A DNA stretch of 64,000 bases from Candidatus Saccharimonadales bacterium (GCA_035480955.1 DATIHF010000006.1:11110-75109); one strand, 5' to 3'. Counted from the first letter of the stretch, positions 8,318-18,285 are shown. Program-made: numbers and translations. Notes: generated by a model from the sequence alone, not told the origin.

Positions 8318-9028
8318 ATGAGCAAATTTTCTCCCACCGCTGCAATTTCGTTTGGCTGGAATAGCTTTACAAAAAATGTCGGGTTTTTGATTTTAGTTAC
8401 CCTTATCCCTTTGGGTTTTAGTTTAGTTTCTTTCACTCTCATTGCCTTAATAGATTATTTAGTAGGCAAGTCTTTAGCAGGTTTCGTAAATATTTTGCTC
8501 GTCCCAGCTTTTTATTATTTTTCTTTTGTTATTGCGCTTGGGACGATTAAGGCTATTTTGAATTTGCTGGATAAAGGTCAGGGTGATCTTTCTGATTTAC
8601 TCATCTACACAAAGAATTTCATGATGCTTCTCAACTATCTTTTTGCCTCTATTTTAGCGGGGCTGATCATCTTAGGTGGGTTTATCTTATTTATTATCCC
8701 AGGCATTTATTTTTCGATTAGGCTCAGCCAATTTACTTACTTTTTGATTGATAAAAATCTTGGACCAGTGGACGCAATCAAAGCAAGCTGGGAGGCAACC
8801 AAAGCTAGTATGTTGAATTTAATGGTCTTTGGATTTTTGTCCTTTTTGGTTATTTTGGCCGGTGCCATCCTCTTTGGAATTGGTTTGCTTGTTGCAGCGC
8901 CAATCGTCACCGTCGCTACCGTCTATGTCTACAGACAGCTAGCTGGAGCTAGCCAAATACAAACTCAAGATGCGCCTTCTCCAGTTCAACCTGTAGTACC
9001 AGTTGCAACACCACCGGCAGCGGGATAA
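8318..9028 (+). CDS. polytopic membrane protein, unknown function, Pro-rich C-terminus
   Basis: Several predicted TM helices. C-terminal DAPSPVQPVVPVATPPAAG. Confidence 0.5.
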   Translation: MSKFSPTAAISFGWNSFTKNVGFLILVTLIPLGFSLVSFTLIALIDYLVGKSLAGFVNILLVPAFYYFSFVIALGTIKAILNLLDKGQGDLSDLLIYTKNFMMLLNYLFASILAGLIILGGFILFIIPGIYFSIRLSQFTYFLIDKNLGPVDAIKASWEATKASMLNLMVFGFLSFLVILAGAILFGIGLLVAAPIVTVATVYVYRQLAGASQIQTQDAPSPVQPVVPVATPPAAG

Positions 9029-9034
9029 GCTAAT

Positions 9035-9760
9035 GTGAGAATGCAAACGGTTTTAATCTTTCTTGGAATACTCCTAGTTGGCTATATAATTGTTCAATTT
9101 TTTTACACTTCCCACTATTTTTCAGTTGGTTCAAAGCTCACAAAAACAACTTACGCACGCAAAACAACTTTAGGAAGTTCCAACAATCCAACTTTTAAAC
9201 TCTGGATTGCGGGGGACAGTGTCGGTGCTGGAGTGGGGGCAAGTAGTTTTGAGAATTCAGTGGCGGGACGGTTGGGCGAATATTTTGCCAAAGATCACCA
9301 GGTAATCTTTGAGAATGTTTCCGTAAGTGGTAATAAAGTCGAGGATGTAGTCTCTGGACCCTCCCCAAGCGAGAAACAAGATCTGATCGTGCTGATTGTC
9401 TCCTCTAACAATTTGTTTCGCTTTACTTCAATGAAGGATTTTGCCTCTAATGTACCCAAACTTTTTACCAAGTTTTCTCCACTAGCAGACAAAGTTATCT
9501 TGATCGGGCCGGGAAGAATCTCCAATTCAACCGCAATACCTCTGCCAATGAGACCACTTTATGTACTAGAGGGGCCAAAATATGCCAAGATTCTCAAAAG
9601 CGAAGCAGCAAAATTTAACAATGTAGTTTATGTAGATCCATTGGAACACCCACTTGAAGATAATAAATTTGGAAACATAGAAGCAGCGGATCATTTTCAC
9701 CCCAACGACTCTGGTCACAAATATTGGTTTGATTTAATTGTGGAAAGTTTGAGCAAATAG
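9035..9760 (+). CDS. SGNH/GDSL-family hydrolase
   Basis: KLWIAGDSVGAGVG (GDS block) and DHFHPNDSGH (DxxH block). Confidence 0.7.
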   Translation: MRMQTVLIFLGILLVGYIIVQFFYTSHYFSVGSKLTKTTYARKTTLGSSNNPTFKLWIAGDSVGAGVGASSFENSVAGRLGEYFAKDHQVIFENVSVSGNKVEDVVSGPSPSEKQDLIVLIVSSNNLFRFTSMKDFASNVPKLFTKFSPLADKVILIGPGRISNSTAIPLPMRPLYVLEGPKYAKILKSEAAKFNNVVYVDPLEHPLEDNKFGNIEAADHFHPNDSGHKYWFDLIVESLSK

Positions 9761-9764
9761 AAAA

Positions 9765-9810
9765 CGCCGGGCGGGTATAGCGAGATTCGCTATTTTAACC
9801 CAACCCGGCG
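9765..9810. terminator. nested hairpin between convergent genes (probable bidirectional terminator)
   Basis: CGCCGGG...CCCGGCG outer stem enclosing a TAGCGA-GAT-TCGCTA hairpin. U-rich flank on the minus strand. Confidence 0.45.
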
Positions 9811-9824
9811 CTTTCGTACCTGTA

Positions 9825-10700
9825 TTAGTGCGCTATGATAGTCACCAGATCCTTCACTGTTTGAACTTGCCAGAAGAGATCTTGATCAATGACGGGACGA
9901 CCTTGATCGTCGTAGACGGTGGTTTCGTTCACTCCATCGCCGTCGGTGTCGATCGTTTGGACCGCACCTTTATAAGAGGCGAGGACCAGATCCATGTTGC
10001 CTGGAAAGAGATCCAACAAGTACCGGAAGAGCTTCGCTCCACAGTAAATGTTGGTCTTTAACTCAGACCAGAGCTCCATCGGACAAATTGAGAGGTTGCA
10101 CCCTTGATAGATGCCGACACAGCCCGCTTCTGATGTGATTAGGGACTGACCATCTTTGACCAACACCGCGTTGGGATTTTGGTCTGGATCGAAGTGGTGA
10201 TACTTCGACTCAGTACACCCTAAAGCCATGAACCAGTTCTTCTCGTTCTCAGTGAACGAGATGTCGGTAAGTCCTAGCTCCCTCAACCCGAATTGCTCCG
10301 GGTGATAGAGAAACATATGGACTTGCAGAAAATTGTCGTATTGTTCACGACACGCAGGTGTGATGTTGAAGATATCCTCTTCACTTCCAACTGCAAGCTC
10401 CACCGGTTGCGGCGGACTAGCTGCCTCAAGACTCGGCGAAACAATCGACTGCACTTTCTTCGTCTCGGGCTGCAGGTAAAAAAACAGCACAAAGACGATG
10501 AAGAGGAACGCTGCGATCGTCATGAATGTCCCGATTCCCGGGTTTGCCGATTGCTTCTGCGGGATGCTCTTAAACAACCGACCTAGATCGCCCGTGATCG
10601 GACGATTTTTCCTGCTGCGTGCACCTTTGGCGGGGGCCATGATAATCCTCCTTAGGGATCCAACTAGTTGTTCAGGTACGAAAAAGCGGCTATTCGCCAC
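9825..10700 (-). CDS. membrane-anchored lytic-transglycosylase-like (SLT-like) protein
   Basis: N-terminal TM. GCTESKYH...EAGCVGIYQG...NIYCGAKLFRYLLDLF loosely resembles the SLT catalytic region. GC-elevated. Confidence 0.45.
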   Translation of the reverse strand: MANSRFFVPEQLVGSLRRIIMAPAKGARSRKNRPITGDLGRLFKSIPQKQSANPGIGTFMTIAAFLFIVFVLFFYLQPETKKVQSIVSPSLEAASPPQPVELAVGSEEDIFNITPACREQYDNFLQVHMFLYHPEQFGLRELGLTDISFTENEKNWFMALGCTESKYHHFDPDQNPNAVLVKDGQSLITSEAGCVGIYQGCNLSICPMELWSELKTNIYCGAKLFRYLLDLFPGNMDLVLASYKGAVQTIDTDGDGVNETTVYDDQGRPVIDQDLFWQVQTVKDLVTIIAH

Positions 10701-10812
10701 TTAAGTCATAAAAGTATAGCAGAAATGAAGCTAAATGTCAATCCCTATAGGATAGGTTTTGGTAAATTTCGAAGACTCAATTTATCAATCTCTTTAAGTA
10801 GGATTTTTTTGT

Positions 10813-11049
10813 TTACTGCTCTTTGAAGAAATTTTCCTCTAAAGAAACTGTGAAAAAAGATATCAAAATAACCAAGAGAACTACATCCACGACCAGCTCA
10901 AAAGCAATTCCCATACCTACTAAACCAGAGAGACCAATTACTTGAATATTGTAAAAATCAAAGGTGTTAGGGAAGAAGATCCGGTTGGCGACGACAACCA
11001 CAAATAGACTTAGAATAATCGCGAGAATCTTTGGGAAATGTTTTTTCAT
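10813..11049 (-). CDS. small two-TM membrane protein
   Basis: 78-aa hydrophobic ORF directly downstream of the receiver gene. Confidence 0.4.
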   Translation of the reverse strand: MKKHFPKILAIILSLFVVVVANRIFFPNTFDFYNIQVIGLSGLVGMGIAFELVVDVVLLVILISFFTVSLEENFFKEQ

Positions 11050-11060
11050 TTAAACTATCC

Positions 11061-11471
11061 CTATTCGAGTCCGAATTCTTTCAAATTGATCTTCATTGGC
11101 CCTTCGACGAAGAAGCGATCAATGGACTCTAAAACTTGAGAGGGGAGGTAGCGGGCTTTTAAAAGATAGCCTTGAGCGCCGATATCGACCGCTTGCTTGA
11201 TGATGGAACCTTGACCGAGATTGGTCAGTAAGTAAACTGGGGTAGAGCGATAAGGCTCGGGGGCTTGACGAAGCTTGCGGAGAACATCAATTCCTGTCTG
11301 TTTGGGAAGCATGATGTCCAGCAAAACCAAGTCATATTTCTCTGAGGTTGATTTTGCAACCCCTTCATCACCATCGGCGGCAATGACGATCTCGTAATCT
11401 CCTTTTTTTAGTTCACGAGCATAGATATCGCGGATAAAAACGTCATCTTCGATCAAAAGGATTTTTTTCAT
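11061..11471 (-). CDS. stand-alone response-regulator receiver (CheY-like)
   Basis: ILLIEDD...DLVLLDIMLPKQTGIDVLRKLR...LLTNLGQG matches the REC domain. No output domain. Confidence 0.85.
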   Translation of the reverse strand: MKKILLIEDDVFIRDIYARELKKGDYEIVIAADGDEGVAKSTSEKYDLVLLDIMLPKQTGIDVLRKLRQAPEPYRSTPVYLLTNLGQGSIIKQAVDIGAQGYLLKARYLPSQVLESIDRFFVEGPMKINLKEFGLE

Positions 11472-11486
11472 GGTTATAGATTTATT

Positions 11487-12053
11487 CTAACTTTCTTTTT
11501 TCTTTTTGACAATTTTTTTCTGTTTTGAGTAGTTGGTCACCGCGGCGATCGAACCAGCGGGAATTATATGCTGGATTCCTTCTGAGTCACGCAAGTAAAT
11601 CGTGCGAAAACCAACATGCTCGACGATCCCTCGTTTGCCAGCAATATCGACGTCATCGCCTTCGGAAAACTGATCCTCAGCTAAAATAAAGAAAGAAGTG
11701 ACAACATCACGGACGAGCTGTTGCGAGCCAAAACCAATCGCCAACCCAACTATTCCTGCACTCGCGACCAGGGGAGCGATATCAATACCCAGAACTGAGC
11801 AAGTTTCGATAACGGCAAAGGCAAGAATCAATACTGAGCCAAAGGCTTTAAAAACACTACTGAGCGTACGCAATCTTTTGCCACGCGGAGTCCCAACGGA
11901 GAGGAAACTCACCAGCGCTCTGGTGCCAACTTGAAGGAGCACCCAAGCAATGGCGGAGATGGCAAAGATCGTTAAAAGCGATAAAGTAGTCGGATTGAGG
12001 ACATTGTCGGATACCACACTTTTAAGCTTAGTAAACTTTACAGATAAGTTCAA
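11487..12053 (-). CDS. MscS-family mechanosensitive channel homolog (short form)
   Basis: PLVASAGIVGLAIGFGSQQLVRDVVTSFFILAEDQFSEGDDVDIAGKRGIVEHVGFRTIYLRD...IIPAGS matches the MscS pore helix and beta domain. Confidence 0.7.
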   Translation of the reverse strand: MNLSVKFTKLKSVVSDNVLNPTTLSLLTIFAISAIAWVLLQVGTRALVSFLSVGTPRGKRLRTLSSVFKAFGSVLILAFAVIETCSVLGIDIAPLVASAGIVGLAIGFGSQQLVRDVVTSFFILAEDQFSEGDDVDIAGKRGIVEHVGFRTIYLRDSEGIQHIIPAGSIAAVTNYSKQKKIVKKKKES

Positions 12054-12138
12054 CCCCTGTATGATTGGAACTGCAATGACGGACTATTCTGATTACCAAA
12101 ACGAGAAGGTAGTGGAAATTTCCTCTCCTCAAAAGTCC

Positions 12139-12675
12139 ATGGGAAAAGCCTCCATCATTATTTTTCTTTTGCTTTTTTTATTAGTAGTCGGATTACTTTC
12201 ACTCTCAGCCGGCTATTTTTTCGGTAAGGCAACCGCGACAAAACCAGAAGTTAAAAAGACTACCGTTAAAGCTCCCGCTGCCCCAGTCGGCAAAGACGTT
12301 TATTTTGACTCCGATGAAGGCTATTCGGTCACTTACCTAAAAGCTTGGAAAGCAGAGGGTAAAAATGGCACAACTGCAGGAGTAGTCGTAAAAAAAGATT
12401 CTTCTTCAGTTGAGCTCTCTATTGGGACCGAGCAGAGCTACACTTTATCGAAGGATCAAAAAAGTAAACTTTCGGCCACGAAAAAGGTTGATGTGACTAT
12501 CAACGGCAAAACACTTTCGATGAGCGAGTATTCTTTTAAAGACAGCTCTTTCATCACTTCAGCAACACTGCCGGCAACCACCAACTCGCCACAGGTTTCA
12601 ATATTGATCAAGGCAGAGAATCAAGAAAGCTATGATCAAGCCAAAGAAATCGTCCAGTCGTTAACCTTTCTCTAG
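12139..12675 (+). CDS. secreted/membrane-anchored hypothetical protein
   Basis: ORF-track start at 11950 overlaps the convergent MscS gene by about 100 nt. Internal ATG at 12139 precedes the hydrophobic segment IIIFLLLFLLVVGLLSL. Start uncertain. Confidence 0.4.
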   Translation: MGKASIIIFLLLFLLVVGLLSLSAGYFFGKATATKPEVKKTTVKAPAAPVGKDVYFDSDEGYSVTYLKAWKAEGKNGTTAGVVVKKDSSSVELSIGTEQSYTLSKDQKSKLSATKKVDVTINGKTLSMSEYSFKDSSFITSATLPATTNSPQVSILIKAENQESYDQAKEIVQSLTFL

Positions 12676-12681
12676 AAAACT

Positions 12682-13545
12682 ATGAAAATTAAGGCAAGAT
12701 ATAAAATAGCAGCAGTGGTAGTGATCTTTGCGTTTTTGGTTTTTTTGCCGCGCAAAGATGTTCTCAATAATTTGACCGCAGCTGTCAGCAAACCGACGGT
12801 GATCCAAAAAGTTAATACAATTTTTCAGAAAAAACCGACTACTGAAGAGCTTGCCGCAGCTCGAAAAGCCAAACAAGACCCACTTCTAGCTGAATTGACC
12901 CCGATTTTGGCAGTCAACAAAAACTACGCCATTGCAGTCTACGACATCAATAATAAAGAGCTTTTTGGGATCAACCAAGATACTCAGTTTCACGCGGCCT
13001 CAGTGATGAAACTTTTGGTCGCAACCACTGCCTACCGAGATATTGAGGCGGGCAAATATGATTTATCGAAAACTGTCGAATACAACCTAGAGCAAATGAT
13101 CAATCAAAGCAACAACAATTCCTGGGATTATTTCAACAATCTTCAAGGGTTTGATCATCAGCAGCAAGTCGCCGATCAGCTCGGTCTAGTAGGTGCCAAG
13201 GTCTGGGGTAACCAGATGACCACTCATGGGATCGCTCAGTTGCTACAACAACTCTACAATGGGCATATCATCTCTGACCAACATAGGGAGCAACTTTTTT
13301 CCTACATGCAAAACACTGAGACAGAGAATCGCATCACCAAAGGTCTACCGGCTGGAGTGACCTTTTACCACAAAACCGGCCATTACAACGGGGGAGTCCA
13401 TGACGCTGCCATCGTACTCCATCCGAAAAATCCCTTTATCATTGTTGTTTTTACCAATGACACCACTGGCACTCCTTGGGAAACCCGTTTTGCCTCTATA
13501 GCCCAAGCTACTCAAAAAGTTTACGCTTACTTTGACTCAATTTAG
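12682..13545 (+). CDS. class A beta-lactamase-like serine hydrolase
   Basis: SVMK (SxxK), HKTGHYNG (KTG) and overall PenP-like layout. N-terminal TM/signal. Confidence 0.65.
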   Translation: MKIKARYKIAAVVVIFAFLVFLPRKDVLNNLTAAVSKPTVIQKVNTIFQKKPTTEELAAARKAKQDPLLAELTPILAVNKNYAIAVYDINNKELFGINQDTQFHAASVMKLLVATTAYRDIEAGKYDLSKTVEYNLEQMINQSNNNSWDYFNNLQGFDHQQQVADQLGLVGAKVWGNQMTTHGIAQLLQQLYNGHIISDQHREQLFSYMQNTETENRITKGLPAGVTFYHKTGHYNGGVHDAAIVLHPKNPFIIVVFTNDTTGTPWETRFASIAQATQKVYAYFDSI

Positions 13546-13548
13546 ATA

Positions 13549-14094
13549 ATGCCAAAAATTTACACTAAAACCGGTGACTCTGGAGAAACTTCACTTTTCG
13601 GCGGCAAAAGAGTAAAAAAGTCTGACCCTAGAATTGAAGCAATTGGCAGTGTCGATGAGATCAATTCAACTCTCGGGATCTGTGCTTCAGAAACCCAAAA
13701 TTCTGAGATTAAAACCCTCGTCCACCAAATCCAGAATAAACTTTTTGAGATTGGGGCAGAATTAGCAAATCCTGAAGGAGTGGGGGAGCATTCTCAGAAA
13801 ATGATTTTGCAAGACTCCGACGTAGAATTTTTGGAAAAGCAAATTGACCACTATCAATCAGACCTTCCCGCCATGAATCAGTTTATTCTGCCTGGAGGGA
13901 CGAGAAGTGCTTCTTATTTTCACTTAGCTCGAAGTGTCACGAGACGAACGGAAAGATATTTAACTCAACTGGAAAACACCAACCCTGCAATTCAAAAATA
14001 TCTCAATCGTCTTTCCGATTTATTTTTTGTTCTCGCCAGAGCCGAGAACCACTCCGCTGGGGAAGAGGACAAACCCTGGCAAAAACCTCAGTAG
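13549..14094 (+). CDS. PduO-type ATP:cob(I)alamin adenosyltransferase
   Basis: IYTKTGDSGETSLFGGKRVKKSDPRIEAIGSVDEINSTLG is the canonical PduO/MMAB N-terminus. Confidence 0.85.
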   Translation: MPKIYTKTGDSGETSLFGGKRVKKSDPRIEAIGSVDEINSTLGICASETQNSEIKTLVHQIQNKLFEIGAELANPEGVGEHSQKMILQDSDVEFLEKQIDHYQSDLPAMNQFILPGGTRSASYFHLARSVTRRTERYLTQLENTNPAIQKYLNRLSDLFFVLARAENHSAGEEDKPWQKPQ

Positions 14095-14150
14095 CCCACT
14101 AAGTTTTTTTGACAGCCTCGACTCATGTATGAGAAAATTTAAAGTAAGAA

Positions 14151-15272
14151 ATGCCAAATTCCCTGCCAAAACTCCCTCCCAGCGCTCCCGCACAGATTTT
14201 CATACACCCTGAACATATCGAAGGAACTTTGAAAGTTCCAATTGAAAAAAAATCCCATCCGAATAAAGGAATAAATATCGTGGCCGCTTTTGTAATTGTG
14301 GGGCTAATCCTGATTCTAGCTGGAGCTTATTACATCATCCCGCGCACCCGAACTGTTGCTTTTGCGAGCAGTACGATTGAATCAGTGGGGGAGCTAAGTG
14401 GTAAAACCGATAAAGTTAACTCTTCTTTGACTAGTCTCTATCAATCTCTCACCCAAGGACAATCAGGGAGTGCGGGGACTACCCAAATCAGTGATCAGGT
14501 GCTGGGTTTACAGAGTGATCTTTCGAAAAAACTTTCTGATTCTTCACTTCTAACACTCTCCGCAGCCTACGAAGCAACCGGGAAAACTAAAGTAAAGGCT
14601 TTTTCAGTCCCAGATGAGGATCCCAATAAAGTTACCCGAGAGCAGAGGAGTTTGGCCAAGGAAATAGCCGATAAAAAGAAAGACGCTGAGGCGAGTTTGA
14701 GTGAGGCAACCGCTTTGACCAACGAAAATCTGTCCGGAAAAGCCGCTACACTTGAGACACAGCTATCCCAAGTCAATATCGATACCAAAGACTATCTTTC
14801 CGAAGCTGAAAAAACATCTCTATACTATGTCAATCTCTCCGACGCCTCAATCGAGCTCTACAATCTTTCCAGCAGTTTGGTCTCACCCAAAGATATCGCT
14901 GTCGCACTTCCCAAATTGACTGCTCTGAGAAGCAGCTTTGCTGATTATGATAGTGCAAAACTACCTGACCAGATGGATTCTCTCAATAAAGATGTTGTTG
15001 GAATATTTGATTTACTAATCGGCTTTTTCAAAGAAGTCAGCTCTGGCAATCAATCCGAGGAAGCACTCGCCGCTAGTTACCAAAACTTCCTCTCTTCAGC
15101 AAAGACTCTCGAGAGCCAAACTAGTGTTCACGAAATTAGCTTCTGGCAAAACAACGCAGCTTTTTCCAACTATAAAAATCTCACCAGCTCGCAAACTGAA
15201 GTGATCAAAAAAGCCCAGGAAGTCAAAAAAGAAAACAACTTCTTTGTGTTGTCCTGGTTTGGAGTTAACTAA
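14151..15272 (+). CDS. membrane-anchored hypothetical protein (helical, S/T-rich)
   Basis: TM at IVAAFVIVGLILILAGAYYII. Long low-complexity helical region. Confidence 0.5.
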   Translation: MPNSLPKLPPSAPAQIFIHPEHIEGTLKVPIEKKSHPNKGINIVAAFVIVGLILILAGAYYIIPRTRTVAFASSTIESVGELSGKTDKVNSSLTSLYQSLTQGQSGSAGTTQISDQVLGLQSDLSKKLSDSSLLTLSAAYEATGKTKVKAFSVPDEDPNKVTREQRSLAKEIADKKKDAEASLSEATALTNENLSGKAATLETQLSQVNIDTKDYLSEAEKTSLYYVNLSDASIELYNLSSSLVSPKDIAVALPKLTALRSSFADYDSAKLPDQMDSLNKDVVGIFDLLIGFFKEVSSGNQSEEALAASYQNFLSSAKTLESQTSVHEISFWQNNAAFSNYKNLTSSQTEVIKKAQEVKKENNFFVLSWFGVN

Positions 15273-15275
15273 TTT

Positions 15276-15863
15276 ATGCAATGGAAAATCTGTGTCTCCG
15301 GAGCAGCTGTCGGTGACTGCCTCAACGAGGAAACAATCGAAAAAGCCGAATTGCTCGGGCGCTCTATCGCCAAACATGATGCGGTACTGGTGACTGGCGC
15401 GACGACGGGAATTCCTTTTTACGCCGCTCGAGGGGCGAAAAAGGTTGATGGCGTCAGTATTGGCTTTTCTCCCGCCGCGACCTATCAAGACCACGTCAAA
15501 CGCTACCAACTACCGACGCGCTACATGGATTTGATCGTTTACACAGGTTTTGGCTACGCGGGGAGAAATTTGTTGTTAACCCGAAGTGCCGATGCGGTGA
15601 TCGTAGTTTGTGGTCGAATTGGCACTTTGAACGAATTTACTGTTGCCTTTGAAGATAAAAAACCCCTTGGTGTACTAACTGGTTCTGGCGGGATTGCCGA
15701 CGAGATCAAAGAGTTGACCGAGGTCGCCCACAAGCACGAGTGCCCAGTAATTTATGAAGATGATCCCGACAAATTGGTCGTCAATCTGATCCGTGATTTG
15801 GAAAGAACACGAGTAGCCGACAATGCTCGGGAGCGAGTAACCAAACCTGAAAAAACCGACTAG
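15276..15863 (+). CDS. TIGR00725/LOG-like Rossmann-fold (SLOG) protein
   Basis: VSGAA...VLVTGATTGIPFYAARGA...GRNLLLTRSADAVIVVCGRIGTLNEF fits the LOG/DprA-like SLOG pattern. Confidence 0.65.
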   Translation: MQWKICVSGAAVGDCLNEETIEKAELLGRSIAKHDAVLVTGATTGIPFYAARGAKKVDGVSIGFSPAATYQDHVKRYQLPTRYMDLIVYTGFGYAGRNLLLTRSADAVIVVCGRIGTLNEFTVAFEDKKPLGVLTGSGGIADEIKELTEVAHKHECPVIYEDDPDKLVVNLIRDLERTRVADNARERVTKPEKTD

Positions 15864-15865
15864 CA

Positions 15866-17059
15866 ATGGTTTCTAAATTTTCAATTTTTTTTCTCAAATA
15901 CAAATTTCAAATTGGAGCGGCTATTTTGCTTTTTACTACCTTGGCGTCTTTGACATTTTTGGTTAAAACTTCTCTTGAAAACCAGCAAAAAGAGCTAACG
16001 GCCGTTTCTAATGAGCAGAAAATTGCTTCTCTTTCGGCGCAAGTAAAAAGTTTGCTCAAGGTTAATAATCAACTACAAAATGAAGACACTCGGGCAACCC
16101 TGACAACGATCAATAATACAATCGAAAAATACGAAACAGTCAAAAATAAATCAGCCGACTATAAAAATCAGGGCGTTGATACAGCTAGCGTGGATTCTCA
16201 ATTTCCCACTGCAGTCGATCTTATCTTGCAGAAAAAATATTCTGAGGCAGACGCTCTTTTGACCAAACTTGATACTGATCTGGAAACTGCTCTCAAAGCC
16301 AAACAAGCTGCTGATGCCGCGAAGCCCAAGACAACGACCACCACGACAACCTCGACCTGCAGTAGTGTCCCGACGAGTGGTTATTGCCAGTTGAGTGTTA
16401 AAGTTGGGTCAACCAGTTTTTCAGTTTATCTCGTCGCGGGAAACGTCAGTTCCGTCTGGACCGATACTGCCAATTCCGACAACTGCGCGGACAACTGTCC
16501 CACTAAAGCTCTGGCGAGTTATGTTTCCGCTGATGGTGGCTACGCGGGGATCAACGGAACTTATTTTTGTCCTCCAGACTATAGCTCCTGTGCGGGAAAA
16601 GTGTCCTCTTTTGATTTTCCAGTTTACAATTCCAATCTGAAAAAATGGATCAATGAAGACAAACTTGCTTGGACCAACCGGGCCATGATGGCTTTTACTT
16701 CTAGCTCAGCAGTTTTTTATCCAACCGCCAATAGTTACTCGGGGCTGGGAGGGATCAAAGCAGGGATCGTTAATTTCCCGGGACTGCTTCAAAACGGACA
16801 AAATATTGTTGGAAACTACACTTTGACTTCTGCACAACAAACCAAGGGAAATCGTGGCGGAGTGGGGGTAAAAGGCTCAACTGTTTATCTGGTCATCACC
16901 AAGAGTGCTACAGTCAATGATTTGGCGGAGATCATGAAGAGTATGGGAATCAGCAATGCTTTGAATCTCGACGGGGGAGGATCAAGCGCGCTTTACTACA
17001 ACGGAAGCTACAAGGTCGGGCCAGGAAGAGCTTTGCCAAACGCTCTGATTTTGAAATAA
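15866..17059 (+). CDS. phosphodiester glycosidase (NAGPA/DUF2233) family protein, membrane-anchored
   Basis: C-terminal NALNLDGGGSSALYYNG..KVGPGRALPNALIL is the family hallmark. N-terminal TM, coiled coil and T-rich linker. Confidence 0.7.
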   Translation: MVSKFSIFFLKYKFQIGAAILLFTTLASLTFLVKTSLENQQKELTAVSNEQKIASLSAQVKSLLKVNNQLQNEDTRATLTTINNTIEKYETVKNKSADYKNQGVDTASVDSQFPTAVDLILQKKYSEADALLTKLDTDLETALKAKQAADAAKPKTTTTTTTSTCSSVPTSGYCQLSVKVGSTSFSVYLVAGNVSSVWTDTANSDNCADNCPTKALASYVSADGGYAGINGTYFCPPDYSSCAGKVSSFDFPVYNSNLKKWINEDKLAWTNRAMMAFTSSSAVFYPTANSYSGLGGIKAGIVNFPGLLQNGQNIVGNYTLTSAQQTKGNRGGVGVKGSTVYLVITKSATVNDLAEIMKSMGISNALNLDGGGSSALYYNGSYKVGPGRALPNALILK

Positions 17060-17141
17060 AATTAGCAGCCCACCATGCGTGTCCAGATGTGATCTAGAAA
17101 AACGAATCTTTGGGATCCGTTGCACTAGCGAGCTGCTAATT
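17060..17141 (+). repeat. 10-bp inverted repeat AATTAGCAGC/GCTGCTAATT flanking about 62 nt just after the stop codon (long stem-loop, possible terminator)
   Basis: Perfect 10-bp IR. U-rich sequence follows the 3' arm. Confidence 0.4.
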
Positions 17142-17271
17142 AATTTTATAAGACTATAAGCAATAAAGGTCAACAAACAAGCGAGACTAAACATTAGTTT
17201 GATAGAGATTGACATAAACTCTCTGCTTGAGTGTTTGACAAAGAACGAATTGTGGTTGAGAATGAAAGGTG

Positions 17272-18285
17272 ATGGAGCCTGAATTTGAAAGTGACGATTT
17301 AGGTCAAAAACGCGTCGTGATCGATCAACCCAAGTCACGGCCTTTGTGGCAAAAAATTCTCTTTATTATCATTGTCCTTGCGCTAATCGCTCTGGCTCTC
17401 TTTGGTCTGAGTAAACTTTTTGGGAGTAGCAAGAAAAGCTCTTCAGGTACTAAAGAAGCCACTAGCAGTGCGACAGAGAGTGCGACCGCTTCAACAACAA
17501 AAACAAACAAATCAACTTCCAACTCTTGTGCTCCCAACTCAGAATTTGTCAATCAAGATCAAGGTTATCAAGTCTGCTATCCTAGTGGTTGGGTAGAGAA
17601 AGAGCTAAAAGTTTCTGGTTTGAAAGTTGGCTTTGATCCAAAAAAAGTTGACGACACCACTGCCACAATAGTCGTTGAGATCACTGATGATTCAGCTGAT
17701 TTGGCAATACAAAATTTCAATGACAATTCTTCAAAGTTTGATTTCGGAACAGATAGCATTGATGGTCTCAAGGTTACTCAAACTACGATAACAAGAATGA
17801 AATCTGATCCTCTTTCCGCTACCTACCCAAAATCAATCCTGACTGCGACCACAACTCACGGGCGCACTTACGTTGCCACCTTGAACTCAACCGAGGCTGA
17901 TTTCTCCGCCAACCAAACTATTTACACCAATTTTCTCAAAAGCTGGAAGTTTTTAGACGATATTCCCAAACCTCCCTGGTCAAATTCGCGTAATATTATA
18001 GTTGATCAGCCTTGGACGGATTCCACAGTTGGTAATCCAGTCACGATCTCTGGGGAAGCGATCACCTTTGAGGCAGTACTAAATATTCGCATCAAAGACG
18101 CCAAAGGGACCACTTTGAAAGAAACTACTCTACAAACCCAGAGTGGGCAAGACCGCTCACCATTTTCCGGACAGGTGAGTTTTGATAAACCCAAGACTTC
18201 AACGGGAACTATCGAGGTCTACACAACCAGCGCCAAAGACAATAAAGAGCAAGACAAAGTTTCCATCCCCGTAAAATTCCAATAA
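17272..18285 (+). CDS. membrane-anchored protein with C-terminal Gmad2 Ig-like domain
   Basis: DQPWTDSTVGNPVTISGEAITFEAVLNIRIKDAKG...GTIEVYT matches Gmad2. TM near the N-terminus. ORF-track start is the GTG at 17269. Confidence 0.55.
   Translation: MEPEFESDDLGQKRVVIDQPKSRPLWQKILFIIIVLALIALALFGLSKLFGSSKKSSSGTKEATSSATESATASTTKTNKSTSNSCAPNSEFVNQDQGYQVCYPSGWVEKELKVSGLKVGFDPKKVDDTTATIVVEITDDSADLAIQNFNDNSSKFDFGTDSIDGLKVTQTTITRMKSDPLSATYPKSILTATTTHGRTYVATLNSTEADFSANQTIYTNFLKSWKFLDDIPKPPWSNSRNIIVDQPWTDSTVGNPVTISGEAITFEAVLNIRIKDAKGTTLKETTLQTQSGQDRSPFSGQVSFDKPKTSTGTIEVYTTSAKDNKEQDKVSIPVKFQ

Noticed and set aside
11950-12138. N-terminal 63 aa of ORF 11950..12675 overlapping the convergent MscS-like gene
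   Set aside because: About 100-nt antiparallel overlap is unlikely. The hydrophobic signal-like segment begins after the internal Met at 12139.
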